A model generated the notes under the pieces. It was not told where the DNA came from. It searched no databases and was given only the letters and a program-made list of their open reading frames with translations. From Octopus bimaculoides (lineage: Eukaryota), in NCBI RefSeq assembly GCF_001194135.2, contig NC_068990.1, positions 59,013,233 to 59,073,562 of the forward strand: a stretch of 60,330 bases of DNA, given 5' to 3'. The position numbers and the translations under genes are program-made. Each line of letters begins with the position of its first letter. Within the stretch, counting starts at the first letter, position 1. Positions 10,291-24,800 of this stretch are shown one piece after another.

Positions 10291-10700
10291 AATAAAGACA
10301 GCCTATCATCACATATAACACTGAATACCATTAACACACTACACAGATAGGAAACAGACAAACCAAGAGTTACTTAAACGACTGGTGCGCGTAGGAGACA
10401 GAAAAAGAAAAACTCACTCATATACACTTAGAAAACACTTGACGCTTGAGTGTTTGTTGGCAGATCTGTGAATGTGACTGGTTGAGTTGAGGAATAAAAA
10501 TGTTTCTTAGGCTGCGTGTAGAAGTTACTGAACAACGCCCGCGAACATTTAACAGAATATTTTATTATCGCACATAAAGTCAAACTGCATGGATCTTTTA
10601 CAAATAACGACAGTAATAATTGTAGACTGGGAGAGATATACTGCTCGAAATTTATGGCTAGCTATTGATACGGCAACACGCGGTTTGCCCAACATAACTA

Positions 10701-10846
10701 GAAACAATTGTGTTATATTCGTGGCAAAGAAGGTTCTTAGCAATCTGTCTGAGCCGTCTACGTTGGCTGTCTGGAAACAATTGTGTTATATTCGTGGCAA
10801 CGAAGGTTCTTAATAATCTGTCTGAGCCGTCTACGTTGGCTGTCTG
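10701..10846. repeat. 73-bp tandem duplication
   Basis: 10701-10773 vs 10774-10846, 3 differences. Confidence 0.9.
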
Positions 10847-10929
10847 GTGTAGCAAAAATGAAGACACATCGCACTCGGCTGTCTCAACATTCTGCAATTA
10901 ATTACCGCCAAACGCGACAGAAGATTGCG

Positions 10930-11045
10930 GAGAAGTAGCGGGTTGAAGAGAATCCCTGATCTACAAGTTACACACGCTATCGAGTAACGTTACTCCAGAG
11001 ATCCTTCGGGGAATTCCATTTCAGTCGCTTGTACTCCTCCATCCT
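10930..11045 (-). mobile_element. RTE LINE short fragment
   Basis: ATEMEF.RRISGVTLLDSV..IRDSLQ, homologous to 4083-4200. Confidence 0.7.
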
Positions 11046-11559
11046 AATTTATAGTAAAAATATATAAGTATATACAAACAAATGTAACAGCAATGTTGAT
11101 ATCCATATTAGTTTTGCACCAAAATGAAAGAAAAACACGATTTCTTACACAAACATGAAATTACAGTCCAGATACATTAACATGTTATGAATTTCATCTG
11201 TTCCCGAGGAGATATGCTATAAGCTTCTCTTTACTGTCTAGCGTCTGATTTGCAATTCGAGAAATATTCATCAAATTCGTTGAGGGATGTAATTATGACG
11301 TCATAATCGACGTTTGTTGTTTAACTTATATTTTATTTGTAAAACAATAGATACCGAATATGTAGTGTTGGATTTGCCGACAAAGGTGCATAAAATTTTA
11401 CTATTATATTCATAACCCGAAAGTGTGTGTACTTTAAGAGTTGATTAAGATCAAATTCTCCTTTCTTCTTTAATCTAGAAGTGAGTACTAGTTTTCTTTG
11501 CGATCTTTAAGTTTATAGTTCCCCTTTGAATATATTTCAATTTCAAAACCTTGTGCATT

Positions 11560-13530
11560 ATTTTATGCCTCATACCTTCAGTAATCCAGAATATCATATT
11601 CTAACATGTTTTACCGAAATTGTTTTAGCACAATTAAAACTATTCTAGTAACTAACTCGGCTCAATTTTTTTTAATTTTTAGAGCATTTTACAAGATTTC
11701 TTTTTAGATGAGTTAGTAAATATTTCTTTTCGTGAATATTTGCAATGAAGATGGTTCATGATTTAAACAATTTTCTTTTAATTCATTAATCAAATTATCA
11801 AACTTAACAGTCAAGATTTATTTCAGTTCTTAAAATAATTTCATTCCAATTTATTGTATGTTTTGTGACATTGGCATACATCGCTTGACCTAATTATGAT
11901 ACAATACACATTTCTTTAAGACAATACAAAGATTCTTTTCTTTATAGATCAGCGGTCGAGAACCTACGTCAAGATATCCAAATATATTTAATTTCACACT
12001 AACCTACTTACTTATTGATCTAATATCATCATTACCAACCGTAGTTTTTTTTATTATATACGCTGTATGGTCCTTGTTACTGAAAAGCATCAACATTGCA
12101 GGAGCTCACAGAAAATATCAATTAATTAATGTATATGGGTTGATATCATAAATATCAAAAGTTATTGGAAAAAACTCTAAAATATTAAGTTTGTACAGTT
12201 TTTAAAATATCACATTTAGATAAGTGTATAAATGAAATTCTTACAGCATTCATTAAAGCTAATTACATCAACCGATTCAGTATCGATAAATAATAAAGGC
12301 GGGATGCTGTAGGGTACATAGGAGTGGGGCGGTACATTTGGGTCTGCCGTATAATCCTATATAAGCTGTATTGGTAGGTGACACACTCAGGAGCTGTCCC
12401 GAGCCGTACATACGCTAGTTACGTCACTAGCAGGCTGAGAAAGTTTGGAACATCTTCAATATTAGATCTAATTAATCAAGACAGACTTGGGATAAAACAA
12501 CACAAAATAACGGGATTTATCTTAGCGGTATGAAAGCTAAAGTTTTATTTCAGAGAAAGAGGTTTTGACTTTCATGCATTTCTGAGGATTTTTGGGGTGA
12601 AGCTGTCAAAATGTGATGGTGTCACTTTTCTCACTGTTAATCACAAATTCCAGTGTTGGAATCATGATTCAAATAAGATTCTTCAACTTCACATCTTAAA
12701 ATAATTTATTTCCATTTGCTGTATGTTAAGTACCGTTAGCATTCACCACCGCTAAATCTAACATCATAAACAAACATTTATTAATCTAATGATTTAAGAT
12801 CCAAGTGTTTCTTTAAGACTATATCACTTTGTTTAGTTACTGCTTTCTGTCCTCTTATTCACAGTGTAGCAAGTCATAAAAGGCGGCAATATGACGTAAT
12901 GGTCGTTTGCCCGAACGAGCATAATTGTTGGTAATCCCATTGGTTAAAATTACTGCCAATATTTGAATTCTAAACTTTCATCAAAGAGAATTTTTCCCGA
13001 AATACGAAATTGCCGACCTTGTGCCAAGATTTGAAACCGATATTAGAGAAATCAGTGTGATTCTCAGTTGATAGATGGACGGAATATATTGTTTCAGTCT
13101 TAAAATCTTCTGCATTATTTTATACTCCATAACTTTGGCAACCCAGAATACTATATTCTGATATGTTTTATCGAAATTGTAATAGCTTCTGTTAAAACCG
13201 TTTTACGAAATGACTCAGCTCAAACCAAAAATAAAAACAGAAAAAAAAAAAACCAAGAAAGTAAGATTTTTGAAAAAACATTTTATAAGATTTCGTTTAG
13301 AAGAATTAGTGAAGCTGTAACTATTTCTTTTCAAGAACATCACACGGTGAAGGTGGCTCGTGATTTAAACAATTTTCTTTTAATTCCTTAATGAAATTAA
13401 CTATCAAACCTAACACTCGAGTTTTATCCCAGTTCTTAAAATAATTTCATTCCAATTTAGCATGTGTTAAGTGATGTTAGCATGCACCACATAATCTAAT
13501 CACAAAACTATTTTTTAAGAATTTAATACA
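11560..13530. repeat. Three copies of old AT-rich interspersed family Z (11560-11950, 12660-12830, 13130-13530)
   Basis: 11730-11950 and 13330-13520 align by eye (TGATTTAAACAATTTTCTTTTAATTC...CAGTTCTTAAAATAATTTCATTCCAATTTA). The reverse complement matches copies at 22.2, 26.1, 27.0 and 38.4 kb. Confidence 0.6.
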
Positions 13531-13588
13531 CGTGATACATGTGGATTTTAGCGAACGTTTCTTTAAAATAATCCTGCGATCTAGTTAT

Positions 13589-13883
13589 TTATAGATCTGA
13601 GGTTCCCAAGTGTGACAAACTGAGACTATGGACATTGACCAACCATCTCCTTCCTGGTCTACCCCTAGGTCTCCCGCCGGTCAGCTCAGCTTGAAAAATC
13701 TGTTTTGCAATTGTTACTGGCGTCATTCTAATCACATGTCCATAGTACCGGAGTAGTGATTTCTCGGTGCGAACAAGTAGTGACCCGACTTGGAGAGACT
13801 CCCTAATCTTCAAGTTACGCATCCTGTTGAGTAACGTTACTCCAGAGATTCTTCAGAGGAACCCCATTCCGGCCGCTTGTATT
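13589..13883 (-). mobile_element. RTE LINE 3' fragment
   Basis: ORF 13589-13822 IRESLQVGSLLVRTEKSLLRYYGHVIRM...GGRPRGRPGRRW. Confidence 0.85.
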
Positions 13884-14277
13884 CGTGAAGATATCTAAAT
13901 GTAATTAATTTCATATTAACGCATTGGTTTAACACTACAACTACTATAAATGTTATATTTTAATTATATGCATCATGCGGGCGTTGTTATTGTAGAAGAG
14001 AGGTCCTCAGACTCTCCGGCCACATAACTTCCCTTTCGATGACACATATTTCCGCAACCCTTCCCTTGTTTTGAATTACTATCTAGTAATGTTTTTTCAC
14101 AATTATATTTTTTACCAAAGTATTTCTAGAAACAAATTATGAAACTAATATTTCTTTCTTTATCAAATGCAATGAAACCAAAAGAAGAAATTCATTTCAT
14201 TTCATGCTCAAATATATTGTTGGAAAGCATTTTATTATTGCGGCGTCAAAAGCATTCACAGACACACATACAGAAAT

Positions 14278-14278
14278 G

Positions 14279-14318
<40 letters not shown>

Positions 14319-14350
14319 CATACATACATACATACATACATACATACACA
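14278..14350. repeat. (CA)n/(CATA)n microsatellite
   Basis: Direct reading. Confidence 0.95.
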
Positions 14351-14430
14351 CGGGAACGGACTCCATAGCTGCCACCGTCACCATCAACTCCACCTGACAC
14401 TAATACCACCATCATCACTCTTGTCACTAA

Positions 14431-14814
14431 TAAAGGTGAACACCGTTAATCGGAAAGTTAATTTCGTTAACCGTTAATCCGTTAACCAAAAAGTTAACTT
14501 CGATAACCGTGAATCAGTTAATTCTTTGAAAATGTAACGGAAATAATCGGTAAACCGTTAGCGTTAATTTTTATTATAGAAAAAACAAAAAATCAGTTTT
14601 TTTCTCTAAAACCGCCTAAAAACACCTTCAAAAAGTACCAAAACTATAAAATCCGTTAACTTCAATTTAATTGAAGTTAACGGAAGTTAAATGTAACGGA
14701 AGTTAATTACTCCGATAATGATTTCCAAAGTTAACTTGAAAGTTAAATCGTTAACGAAAATGTTAACTTCGTTAATTAACAATGAACAGATTAACGGTTT
14801 GGTGCCCAGGTTTA
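14431..14814. mobile_element. hAT-type MITE rich in GTTAAC subrepeats
   Basis: Termini TAAAGGTGAACACCG and GGTGCCCAGGTTTA; 8-bp TSD GTCACTAA/GTCACTAC (7/8); many GTTAA(C) motifs. Confidence 0.8.
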
Positions 14815-14876
14815 GTCACTACATACATAAATACTACCATATACACATACATACATACATACATACATATATACAT

Positions 14877-15600
14877 ACCATGGTGTTGTAGCTAGGACAC
14901 TCTATAATGAAATCCGTCGGAAGGATAACCCCTAGGACAAAAAAATAAGAACCCACAGTATGGTAGAAACTACAGTCACTTAAAGAATACTGGTGGAACG
15001 TTCCAGTAAAGACCACAATAAAATGTAAGCGCAACAGACCTGATATAATAATTTGGGATAGAGAAGAGAAACTGTGCATAGTTGTGGAAATTAGCTGCCC
15101 AGCGGATTAAAGCTGAACATCAGTGATAAAGAGAATATCTACGCTGAACTGAAGAGAAATCTGCAGTTATTCCATCCAGATTACAAGTTCAGGTTTATAG
15201 CTGTAATTATTAGGGCCCTGGGATACGTAACACACTGCTTAGATACCAATCTTGAGTAATTAGGCTTCTCAAAACCAGAAAGGAGAAAGCTAATTCGAAA
15301 GACTACAGATCACTGGAACTGTAAAAATCTGTAAAACTTCCCTGAAGTTTATCATTTAAATATATATGAGCATGTCTAGATATGCAACTATATGCATGAG
15401 AAGACATACATAAAACGAAACATACAAATCTGCACATATACATACATACATACATACATACATACTTACATATATTCAAACAAACATATAAAAATATCCC
15501 GCTGTAGCTGTTGAAATTCTAATGAAGGAGCATTGGATCTAGGCTAGAAACCGGCTCTTTCTCTCTTGGCAAGAAATCTTGAAATAAAACTGAACACTGA
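14877..15600 (+). mobile_element. RLE-type (R4/Dong-like) LINE 3' fragment, lineage 2
   Basis: HGVVARTLYNEIRRK...EYWWNVPVKTTIKCKRNRPDIIIWD...VEISCPAD...TGTVKICKTSLKFII* (PD..D/E nuclease); stops and frameshifts; (CATA)n on both sides. Confidence 0.85.
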
Positions 15601-15626
15601 CATACATACATACATACATACATACA

Positions 15627-15656
<30 letters not shown>
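15601..15656. repeat. (CATA)n microsatellite
   Basis: Direct reading. Confidence 0.95.
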
Positions 15657-15659
<3 letters not shown>

Positions 15660-15940
15660 GAGTATATACACACTTAAAACCTTTGGTAGTGCTTAGCAAC
15701 ATACAAACAATAAGTGATTCTTGCAAAAGACAGTTGCATATAAAATACTAGTAGGACGAAGTTACTGAAACGTAACGAAAATACTGAGATAATGTAAAGA
15801 TTCAACGAAAAGAAATTCTATAGGTGTGAAGAAACAATGCAACTGTATTAACATACTGAGTAGTACTGTGTGGTACGAGAAAATTTAAATAATAATTGAT
15901 TTCGATGCACGAGATGCAATCGAAGAAACATGATCAGAAT

Positions 15941-16320
15941 ATCCTCCATCGATCCATGTTCTCCGCCCACTATTCCTGGGAGGGTTGCTGGGGTGAGTAA
16001 ATTTTTCAGGCACCTCTTCCATTAGGTCCTGTCAGAAACAACTGTCATTAGACTTTCCGCCTGGATTCCCAAGCGAAATCAACTAAGACCATTTCGTTCT
16101 TAGTCAGCCCCTTGGTCTCCTGTCGGTTGGCTCGGCTTGAAGAATTTGTCTTGAGATTCTTTCCTGCGACAATCTAATCACATGTCTGTAGTACTGGAGC
16201 TGTGACCTTTCAAAAAGTAAAAGTAGCAGCTTGACCTGGAGTGACTCCCTCGTCTCCGAGCTGTGTATCCTATTGAGTAACTTCACACCAGAGGTCTTTC
16301 AGAGGAATCCATTTCTGGCG
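15941..16320 (-). mobile_element. RTE LINE 3' end
   Basis: ORF 16104-16286 RIHSSETRESLQVKLLLL.FERSQLQYYRHVIRL...RRPRG; 3' end homologous to 4400-4490. Confidence 0.85.
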
Positions 16321-16797
16321 CAGAATATCTTTAATATTAAAAGATATGAATTTGAACAAAAATGTGAAATATCAAGTTTGTACATTTTTCAGCATATAAC
16401 ATTTTAAATAGTTGTCTAACTGAAATTATTACAATCGATTCAGCAACAACTAATACAAAAACGACAAGGAAGGATTAAAAGTAAGCAACAAAATACAACA
16501 AAAAAAAAAAGCATGACGACTGAAACTTGTCAAATTAAGAAGCACGTTATGATACTGTATTCAGTGCCTGTCAACAGTTTTAGCATATAAACCGACCATA
16601 TCAGGCCAAGATATTCTGCCTGTTTTAAGTTCAAACCAGCCAAGTCTAACCTTTCAAACTCATCCGACATCGTCATTCCAAATGTAAACAATCACATCAT
16701 CAAGATATCAAAAGCCACAACATAATGCCCGAATAATTCAAAACAATGTGAAGAAATTAGCATTAGTTTTGACAGAATAATCTGGTGGTGTACCGTC

Positions 16798-17005
16798 GAG
16801 GTCGACTTTGCCTTTCATCCTTTCTAGGTCGATAAAATAAGTACCAGTTGAGCTCTGGCATCGATGTGATATTGAAATACCGTCAACCAGATCCGCTCAA
16901 AAGTCTTTGGTTGGCCTAAGGTTATAGAAGACAGTTACCAAGGTGCCAAATGATCGACTTTCCCCTTCCCTCAAAACTGTTAGCCTTCAAAATTAGAAAG
17001 GATAG
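16798..17005 (+). mobile_element. SINE N fragment interrupted by an inverted family A head piece
   Basis: N core to GTCGATGTGAT, then reverse-complement A head (~16871-16950), then the N tail resumes at TGATCGACTT. Confidence 0.7.
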
Positions 17006-17342
17006 TTATTGCATAAGTGGAGACATTCAGGTTAAATCTAAATAAACATGAAACCTCATCTTTGTGTAAGCCTCTCGTACACCAGCTTCTGATTCAGGAT
17101 TCGAATTATATGGTNNNNNNNNNNGTTTCATTTCTTACAATAATTCCTTTCTATTTTACCTGTCATACGTTAAGTGATGTTACCTTACATCGCTGAATGT
17201 GACGGCAGAAATAAACTTTTGTTCTTCTAATGAATAACGATAAGATATATTCCTTAAAATATTTTTTTCTTGCTGTATAGCCATCCACGTGTCCTCGTAC
17301 AAATTATAAGATATCTGTATTTCACTTCACATTGATCTATTT

Positions 17343-17496
17343 CAGGTATGGACAACTGTTTTCAAGAAACAGGCTGCATAAGACATGGTTCATTATCAAG
17401 CGGGTTGCACAGCTAAAAGAACAAAAGCAAATTCAAAGTAATTTTACGTTGGCGAGCCATTAAAAAATCCTGCGGGCCGCAGTTTGCCCATGACTG
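17343..17496. mobile_element. 154-bp hAT MITE
   Basis: TIRs CAGGTATGGACAACT and AGTTTGCCCATGACTG; perfect 8-bp TSD ATCTATTT at 17335-17342 and 17497-17504. Confidence 0.9.
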
Positions 17497-18104
17497 ATCT
17501 ATTTCATTATCCAATGCTTTACTGTTACCAGCAGTATAACAATTACCATTAAATCACATTCTAATTGTATACACAATGTGATCGTTCATGCGGTAAAATA
17601 TAGTCACTGAATAGCCCTCATAACAATCCTTTAATAAATGATGAAATAAAAGAAGAGTTTCACAAATATCAATAATTATTCTAAAGGAAATTCATAGATA
17701 TTTAATGGTCATACACTAAAAACACTGACATGTAGACACATGGACAACAAAAGGAAACAACATTAGAGTTTCTACTTAGATTTCGTTTTTTGTATTTGGT
17801 TTGCAAAAGTTTTGATGTGAACTCATGTGTTAAAACAGATTTTTTGTGGCTCTGGAGAGTCATTATGCCAACAATAAACACATGCACTGGTTCTGTTTCT
17901 TGCCCTGTAGTTCAGGCACTTTTGTGGGTTTTGTGGGTCCTAAAAGCACCTCCCCTATTGAAAGTTTAAATTGTTTAATTTTTAATTGTTATTTATATTG
18001 TTTACACGTTATAAAACCTATTGTGTCATCCTGTTTTTGTCTTATGTTGTTGTATGCCTTTTAATGTAATTTTATGCGAGCCCTCGTGGCCAATAAAAGG
18101 ATGA

Positions 18105-19350
<1,246 letters not shown>

Positions 19351-19360
19351 TTTATCATCA

Positions 19361-19416
<56 letters not shown>

Positions 19417-19419
<3 letters not shown>

Positions 19420-19665
19420 TAGTTTTATTTTTATAACGTGCTTTCACTTCACTACCGAGCGCAGCTCTGTGCGCCTTGGGTATGTGCTGTGGTTTGCTGT
19501 GGTGCTCTTATGTTTACTGTATTGAAAGTGTTTTGCGTAGAATGTGTGCAGTACCCAGTAGTGCAATTTTCTGTATGTTATATATATTTGTAAGTCCTGG
19601 TGGTTTTGTTATGTATTTGTCTGAATATTTTTTTATTATACCTAAGGCACCTACTATGATAGGAA
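19417..19665 (-). mobile_element. R4/Dong-like LINE 3' end (second family)
   Basis: PIIVGALGIIKKYSDKYITKPPGLTNIYNIQKIALLGTAHILRKTLSIQ*, then UTR and (TAA)n tail at 19362-19416; continues into the gap. Confidence 0.9.
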
Positions 19666-20422
19666 NNNNNNNNNNNNNNNNNNNNNNNNNNNNNNNNNNN
19701 NNNNNNNNNNNNNNNNNNNNNNNNNNNNNNNNNNNNNNNNNNNNNNNNNNNNNNNNNNNNNNNNNNNNNNNNNNNNNNNNNNNNNNNNNNNNNNNNNNNN
19801 NNNNNNNNNNNNNNNNNNNNNNNNNNNNNNNNNNNNNNNNNNNNNNNNNNNNNNNNNNNNNNNNNNNNNNNNNNNNNNNNNNNNNNNNNNNNNNNNNNNN
19901 NNNNNNNNNNNNNNNNNNNNNNNNNNNNNNNNNNNNNNNNNNNNNNNNNNNNNNNNNNNNNNNNNNNNNNNNNNNNNNNNNNNNNNNNNNNNNNNNNNNN
20001 NNNNNNNNNNNNNNNNNNNNNNNNNNNNNNNNNNNNNNNNNNNNNNNNNNNNNNNNNNNNNNNNNNNNNNNNNNNNNNNNNNNNNNNNNNNNNNNNNNNN
20101 NNNNNNNNNNNNNNNNNNNNNNNNNNNNNNNNNNNNNNNNNNNNNNNNNNNNNNNNNNNNNNNNNNNNNNNNNNNNNNNNNNNNNNNNNNNNNNNNNNNN
20201 NNNNNNNNNNNNNNNNNNNNNNNNNNNNNNNNNNNNNNNNNNNNNNNNNNNNNNNNNNNNNNNNNNNNNNNNNNNNNNNNNNNNNNNNNNNNNNNNNNNN
20301 NNNNNNNNNNNNNNNNNNNNNNNNNNNNNNNNNNNNNNNNNNNNNNNNNNNNNNNNNNNNNNNNNNNNNNNNNNNNNNNNNNNNNNNNNNNNNNNNNNNN
20401 NNNTACTGAAAACAGTTTTTTG

Positions 20423-20493
<71 letters not shown>

Positions 20494-20670
20494 TCTCTTT
20501 ATCACAGGTTTTGTTGGAGCTCCTGGAGTCTTACATGCATAGCGGGTTTGCTACCTGCAGGCTACGGTACCATGGTATCCGTTCTTTTCAGCTAATATTT
20601 TCTTGATTATTCTGGCCGTGCCCAGGAGGCAGGCCTTTTATAACAGTTCTACTGGGTACTCTATTCCTAT
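20494..20670 (-). mobile_element. R4/Dong-like LINE 3' tip (third family)
   Basis: IGIEYPVELL*KACLLGTARIIKKIL; TAA arrays on both sides. Confidence 0.8.
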
Positions 20671-20676
20671 TATTAA

Positions 20677-20707
<31 letters not shown>

Positions 20708-20709
<2 letters not shown>

Positions 20710-20830
20710 GGCGGCGAGCTCGCAGAATCGTTAGCTGAGGTCGACTTTGCCTTTCATCCTTTCGGAGTCGATAAATTAAGTACCAGTGAAACACTGAGGT
20801 CGATGTATCGATTAGTCTCCTCCCCCAAAC
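20708..20830 (+). mobile_element. SINE N with internal deletion
   Basis: Head to GTTAGC joined directly to TGAGGTCGACTTTGCC core. Confidence 0.8.
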
Positions 20831-21344
20831 TTCATTGTTATCATCACTATTATTAATATCATAATTATCATTATCATTATCATCATTATCATTAATATTG
20901 TTATTAGTCAGCTAGTTAACCATTTAAGTTAACCGATTGATTGATTCATCATTCGGTCAATCACTCAACTAGCTCGGTTCATCAGAGTCCATTCGTCGCC
21001 CTTCGCGACTCCATTAATGACATGCACTCTCAACTCTGACCAACCAGGCCTATTGATTAATTAACCGAACGATTAACCAAACAATCGATTTGCTAATTGG
21101 TTAAATGTTTAAATTGTTGATGTATAATAAAATAAAAACAAAGGAAATAAAATCAGTGCATGTGTTTATTATTGGTGCAATGACCCTCCTGAGATACAAC
21201 AATATAGTAGATTGATCACTAATTATACCAGCTTTGCTTGGGTCTTTAACCTTCCTGCAAACCATAAAACATTGTAACCATAAAATACAATCCCCTCACT
21301 AACTCTTGATAAACATAAACGAAAAAAAAAAACATACAAATATC

Positions 21345-21560
21345 AGTTTCAAATTTTATCTCAAGGCCAGCAAGTTCGGGGAAGAGGCTAAGAGGATTAC
21401 TGCGACCCCAGTGTTCAACATGGTACTTATTTCATGACACCCGAAAGGATGAAAGGCAAAGTCGACCTCGGCGGAATTTGAACCCAGAACTTAAATACGG
21501 ACGAAATGCTGCTAAGCATTTTGCCAGGTGTGCTAAGGATTCTGCCAGCTCTCCGCCCTA
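21345..21560 (-). mobile_element. SINE N
   Basis: Reverse-complement head, core and AAATTTGAAAC tail. Confidence 0.85.
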
Positions 21561-22189
21561 AAATACGTACAAATATTAGTATCATCTGTAGTCTCATTGG
21601 CCCCAGACACTGCAGTCAGACGGTCATTACCCAACATTTATGACCATATGGAAGGATCGAAATGAAGATAGCGAGCTTAACATTTTTGTCACTCATCATT
21701 CAAATTTTATTCATTTGTTTAGAATAATCTATTTCCAGTTTTTCGTACGATAAGCGATATTACTATACATCATTTACATCATAAAATAAACATTTGCTAA
21801 TATAATGATTTAAGATACGACACGCCAGGTGATTTTAACAAGCATTTCGTTAAGACAATAACCTGTTCTTTCCTTATACCTACTGTTTTGTACTAATTAA
21901 TGTAAGATAGCTAAATATATTCCACTTCACACTGGCCTACTTTAACACGACACTTTGGATTTTTACCATTTAAATATTTCAGAATTTTCTTCAGGATATC
22001 TTTTTATATTTATGAAATTCCTGCCATTATATAAGTATTCATCAAATGTATGTTACAAGGCCGTCCAATGACCAATTTACCGTAATAAAGGATAGCATTG
22101 CATGTATAATTAGAATATGGTATAACAGAGATTACGTTAGTAGTTGTGATACTGAAGCAACCGATCTTTAAACAGTGCAATGTGAAATA

Positions 22190-22765
22190 GAATATATTTA
22201 GATATTTTACATTGGTACAAGGACATAGATCTATATAGAAAGAATTATTATTATTTTAAGGATACACTTGTTAAAATCTCTTAACATATCGGATCTTAAG
22301 TCATTATTAGATTAGTAGAAGTTTATCTATGTTGTTAGATTCAGCGATATTAAGTGCTAACGGCACTTAGCACACAGCAATTGGAAATAACTTTTGATAC
22401 TTGTGAAAGACGTCACTGATGTTGTTTGTTGGCACTCCGTCGCTTACGACGACGATGGCTCCAGTTGATCCGATCAACGGAACAGCCTGCTCGTGAAATT
22501 AACGTGCAAGTGGCTGAGCACTCCACAGACACGTGTACCCTTAACGTAGTTCTCGGGGATATTCAGCGTGACTCAGTGTGACGCTTTTCATCAGCGTCAC
22601 TGATATAAAGATGTATAAATCCGCACACATTTCGGATCTTAAATTATTAGAAAATATTTAGTTTTGTGATTAGATACAGTCATGTGTGCTATCATCATTT
22701 ATCATATAGCAAATTGGAAGTAAATTATTTTAAACAATGGAATAAAATTTAATTTTTGCTAATTT
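22190..22765. repeat. Family Z copies (22190-22410, 22620-22765)
   Basis: GGATCTTAA.T.ATTAG...GGAA.TAAATTAT motif shared with 26085-26310 and 26950-27180. Confidence 0.55.
22421..22594 (-). mobile_element. SINE family B, 5'-truncated
   Basis: Tail match; 10-bp TSD CGTCACTGAT at 22411-22420 and 22595-22604. Confidence 0.85.
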
Positions 22766-23657
22766 AGTTAGCAAGTATTTTATCTTGAAATTTGGTGACA
22801 AGTCTCGTCAAATCTCAAAAATTTTTCTTAGGACTCTTGCAGAAAATAGGATGGTACTTTTCTGCAGATCGACAATGCCAGTTTCAGTTCCAATTTCTTT
22901 CAGTCTTTCGGGTATCATTTTGGGTATTGTTCCAAAAACACCTATGACTAGAGGAATAATTATTGTCTTGGTCTTCCACAGTCTCCTCAGCTCTATGACT
23001 AGATCCCGGTATTTTTCATTTTTCCCCCCAATATTTTGGTATTGACTCTATCATAAAGAATTGCAAATCTATGATCTTGCACTGTTTGTTTATTTCGTCC
23101 TCTATGATTATTTCTGATGTTCTTTCTTTAATAGTAGGGTCAATCTTTAAAGCGAAGTCCCACAAGATGTTGTAATTCTCATTTTCTGTCACAGCCTCTG
23201 GTTCGTGTTCATACCACATATTGGACTAACATCCCAATGCATTCTTTTGCCTATACAGTCAAGTCTTGCACTCACTCAAAATGTAATTGATACTCAACTC
23301 TCCTTTCTTGCAGATTCTACATCTGCTGTCTGATTGCCTTTGTCGATATTTGCCTTTATTTGATTTGTTCTAACAGCTTGTTCCTGAGCGGTTATAATTA
23401 ACGTTTCTGTACCTCGTTTCAAGCTCCATTCCATAAACCAAAGCCAGCGGGTTTCACTTCCGACATTTTCGACTTGTAAGAAATGGTCGTGCAGTTCCAT
23501 TTCTTTCTATTTCTTCATTCAATTATTCTTCATTTTCTCTTTGAATTCTACTGTTTCAGTCACTTTTTCGGTATCTCTAGCTACCGAAAGCATTCTTTCT
23601 TTATTCTGTACAACATAATTTTTCAGCCCCAGTGTCGCATTATCAACAGTGTCTTCT
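22765..23657 (-). mobile_element. R4/Dong-like RLE LINE 3' fragment (fourth family)
   Basis: LKRGTETLIITAQEQAVRTN...CRICKKGELSINYILSEC...WYEHEPEAVTENENYNILWDF...IIPLVIGVFGTIPK...RVLRKIFEI*. Confidence 0.9.
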
Positions 23658-23736
23658 ATTATTATTATCATTATTATTATTATCATTATCATTATTATTA
23701 TTATTATCATTATTATTATTATCATTATTATTATTA

Positions 23737-23775
<39 letters not shown>
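23658..23775. repeat. (ATT)n/(ATC) microsatellite at the 5' junction of the LINE
   Basis: Direct reading. Confidence 0.95.
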
Positions 23776-24119
23776 GTCTGCACGCGTAATCGAAAGCAGG
23801 GTATTGTAGCCACTCGTCTTAGTCTATTCGTCTGTGTGTTTACAAAATTACTGGAAAACGGCTGAACGGATTTTCACCACATTTGGCAGAAATGCCCATA
23901 GGGTGAGTGGCTCGAAATGATGAAGATTTGGTCTGATTATCTTAAAATAAATATTATTTTTTAAAATCGAACTTACAAATTTCCCGATAAGCAAGTGCTC
24001 ATATTATTTTGTTCACTTTCTTTTTCATATGAATCGACCTTCGTCTGCGTGTGTATAGATCATGGTGTACTTATGAGCGTAGACACGTGTGGGTACATAC
24101 ATACATACATACATACATC

Positions 24120-24800
24120 GCTCTTGTAATCCCAAAGTGCAACCGCATGTATAGGCTATGTCATGTTTCTATGGAAGACAGTACGCATGTGATTAGCAGC
24201 TGTCCTAAAATGTCACGGTACTACCTCCCTATGCTGCACGATGTTGTTGCTAAAACAATTTACAATGTCATCCGCAAAAAACACTGTCCTAAATACATTC
24301 CTAAACACCAACTCAAGGAATACTGGTGGAATATTCCCATCAAAACTTCTCTCAAATGTAAGCATAACAAGCCGGATATTGTTGTTTGAGACAAAAGGGC
24401 AAAGGTATGTACCATCATAGAGGTTAGCTGCCCTGCAGATACAAATACCTCTTTGAAAATCAAAGAAAAAGAGGATATCTATAGACAGCTGCTTCGAAAC
24501 CTCCAGCTTCTATATTCAGACTATGAATTCATATACATACCAATAATAATTGGAGCACTAGGTTTTGTTAGTAAATGCTTAGAGGAGAATCTGGATAAAC
24601 TGGGATTTTCAGAAAGAGAAATTGACCGGCTGATTCGTACATTGCAAGTCCAATCTGTGAGTAGAACGGTAAAAATATGCAAGACTTTTCTCAGGTTCCA
24701 AATGTGAATTTGTCTGTGTTAACTACATCCCAAATATGGAGCCTTGTGTCTTTGCTGGAAGCCGGATCCCTCCTCAGTGGAAGATTTATAATAATTAAAA
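24120..24800 (+). mobile_element. RLE-type LINE 3' fragment, lineage 2
   Basis: YRLCHVSMEDSTHVISSC (CCHC-like), LHDVVAKTIYN, NKPDIVV*D...IEVSCPAD...IPIIIGALG...TVKICKTFLRFQM*; related to 14877-15360. Confidence 0.9.

Noticed and set aside
22555-22594. Minus-strand CTGATGA followed by an AGCGT/ACGCT stem
   Set aside because: Followed by GAAT rather than GAAA, and formed by chance at a SINE 5' junction
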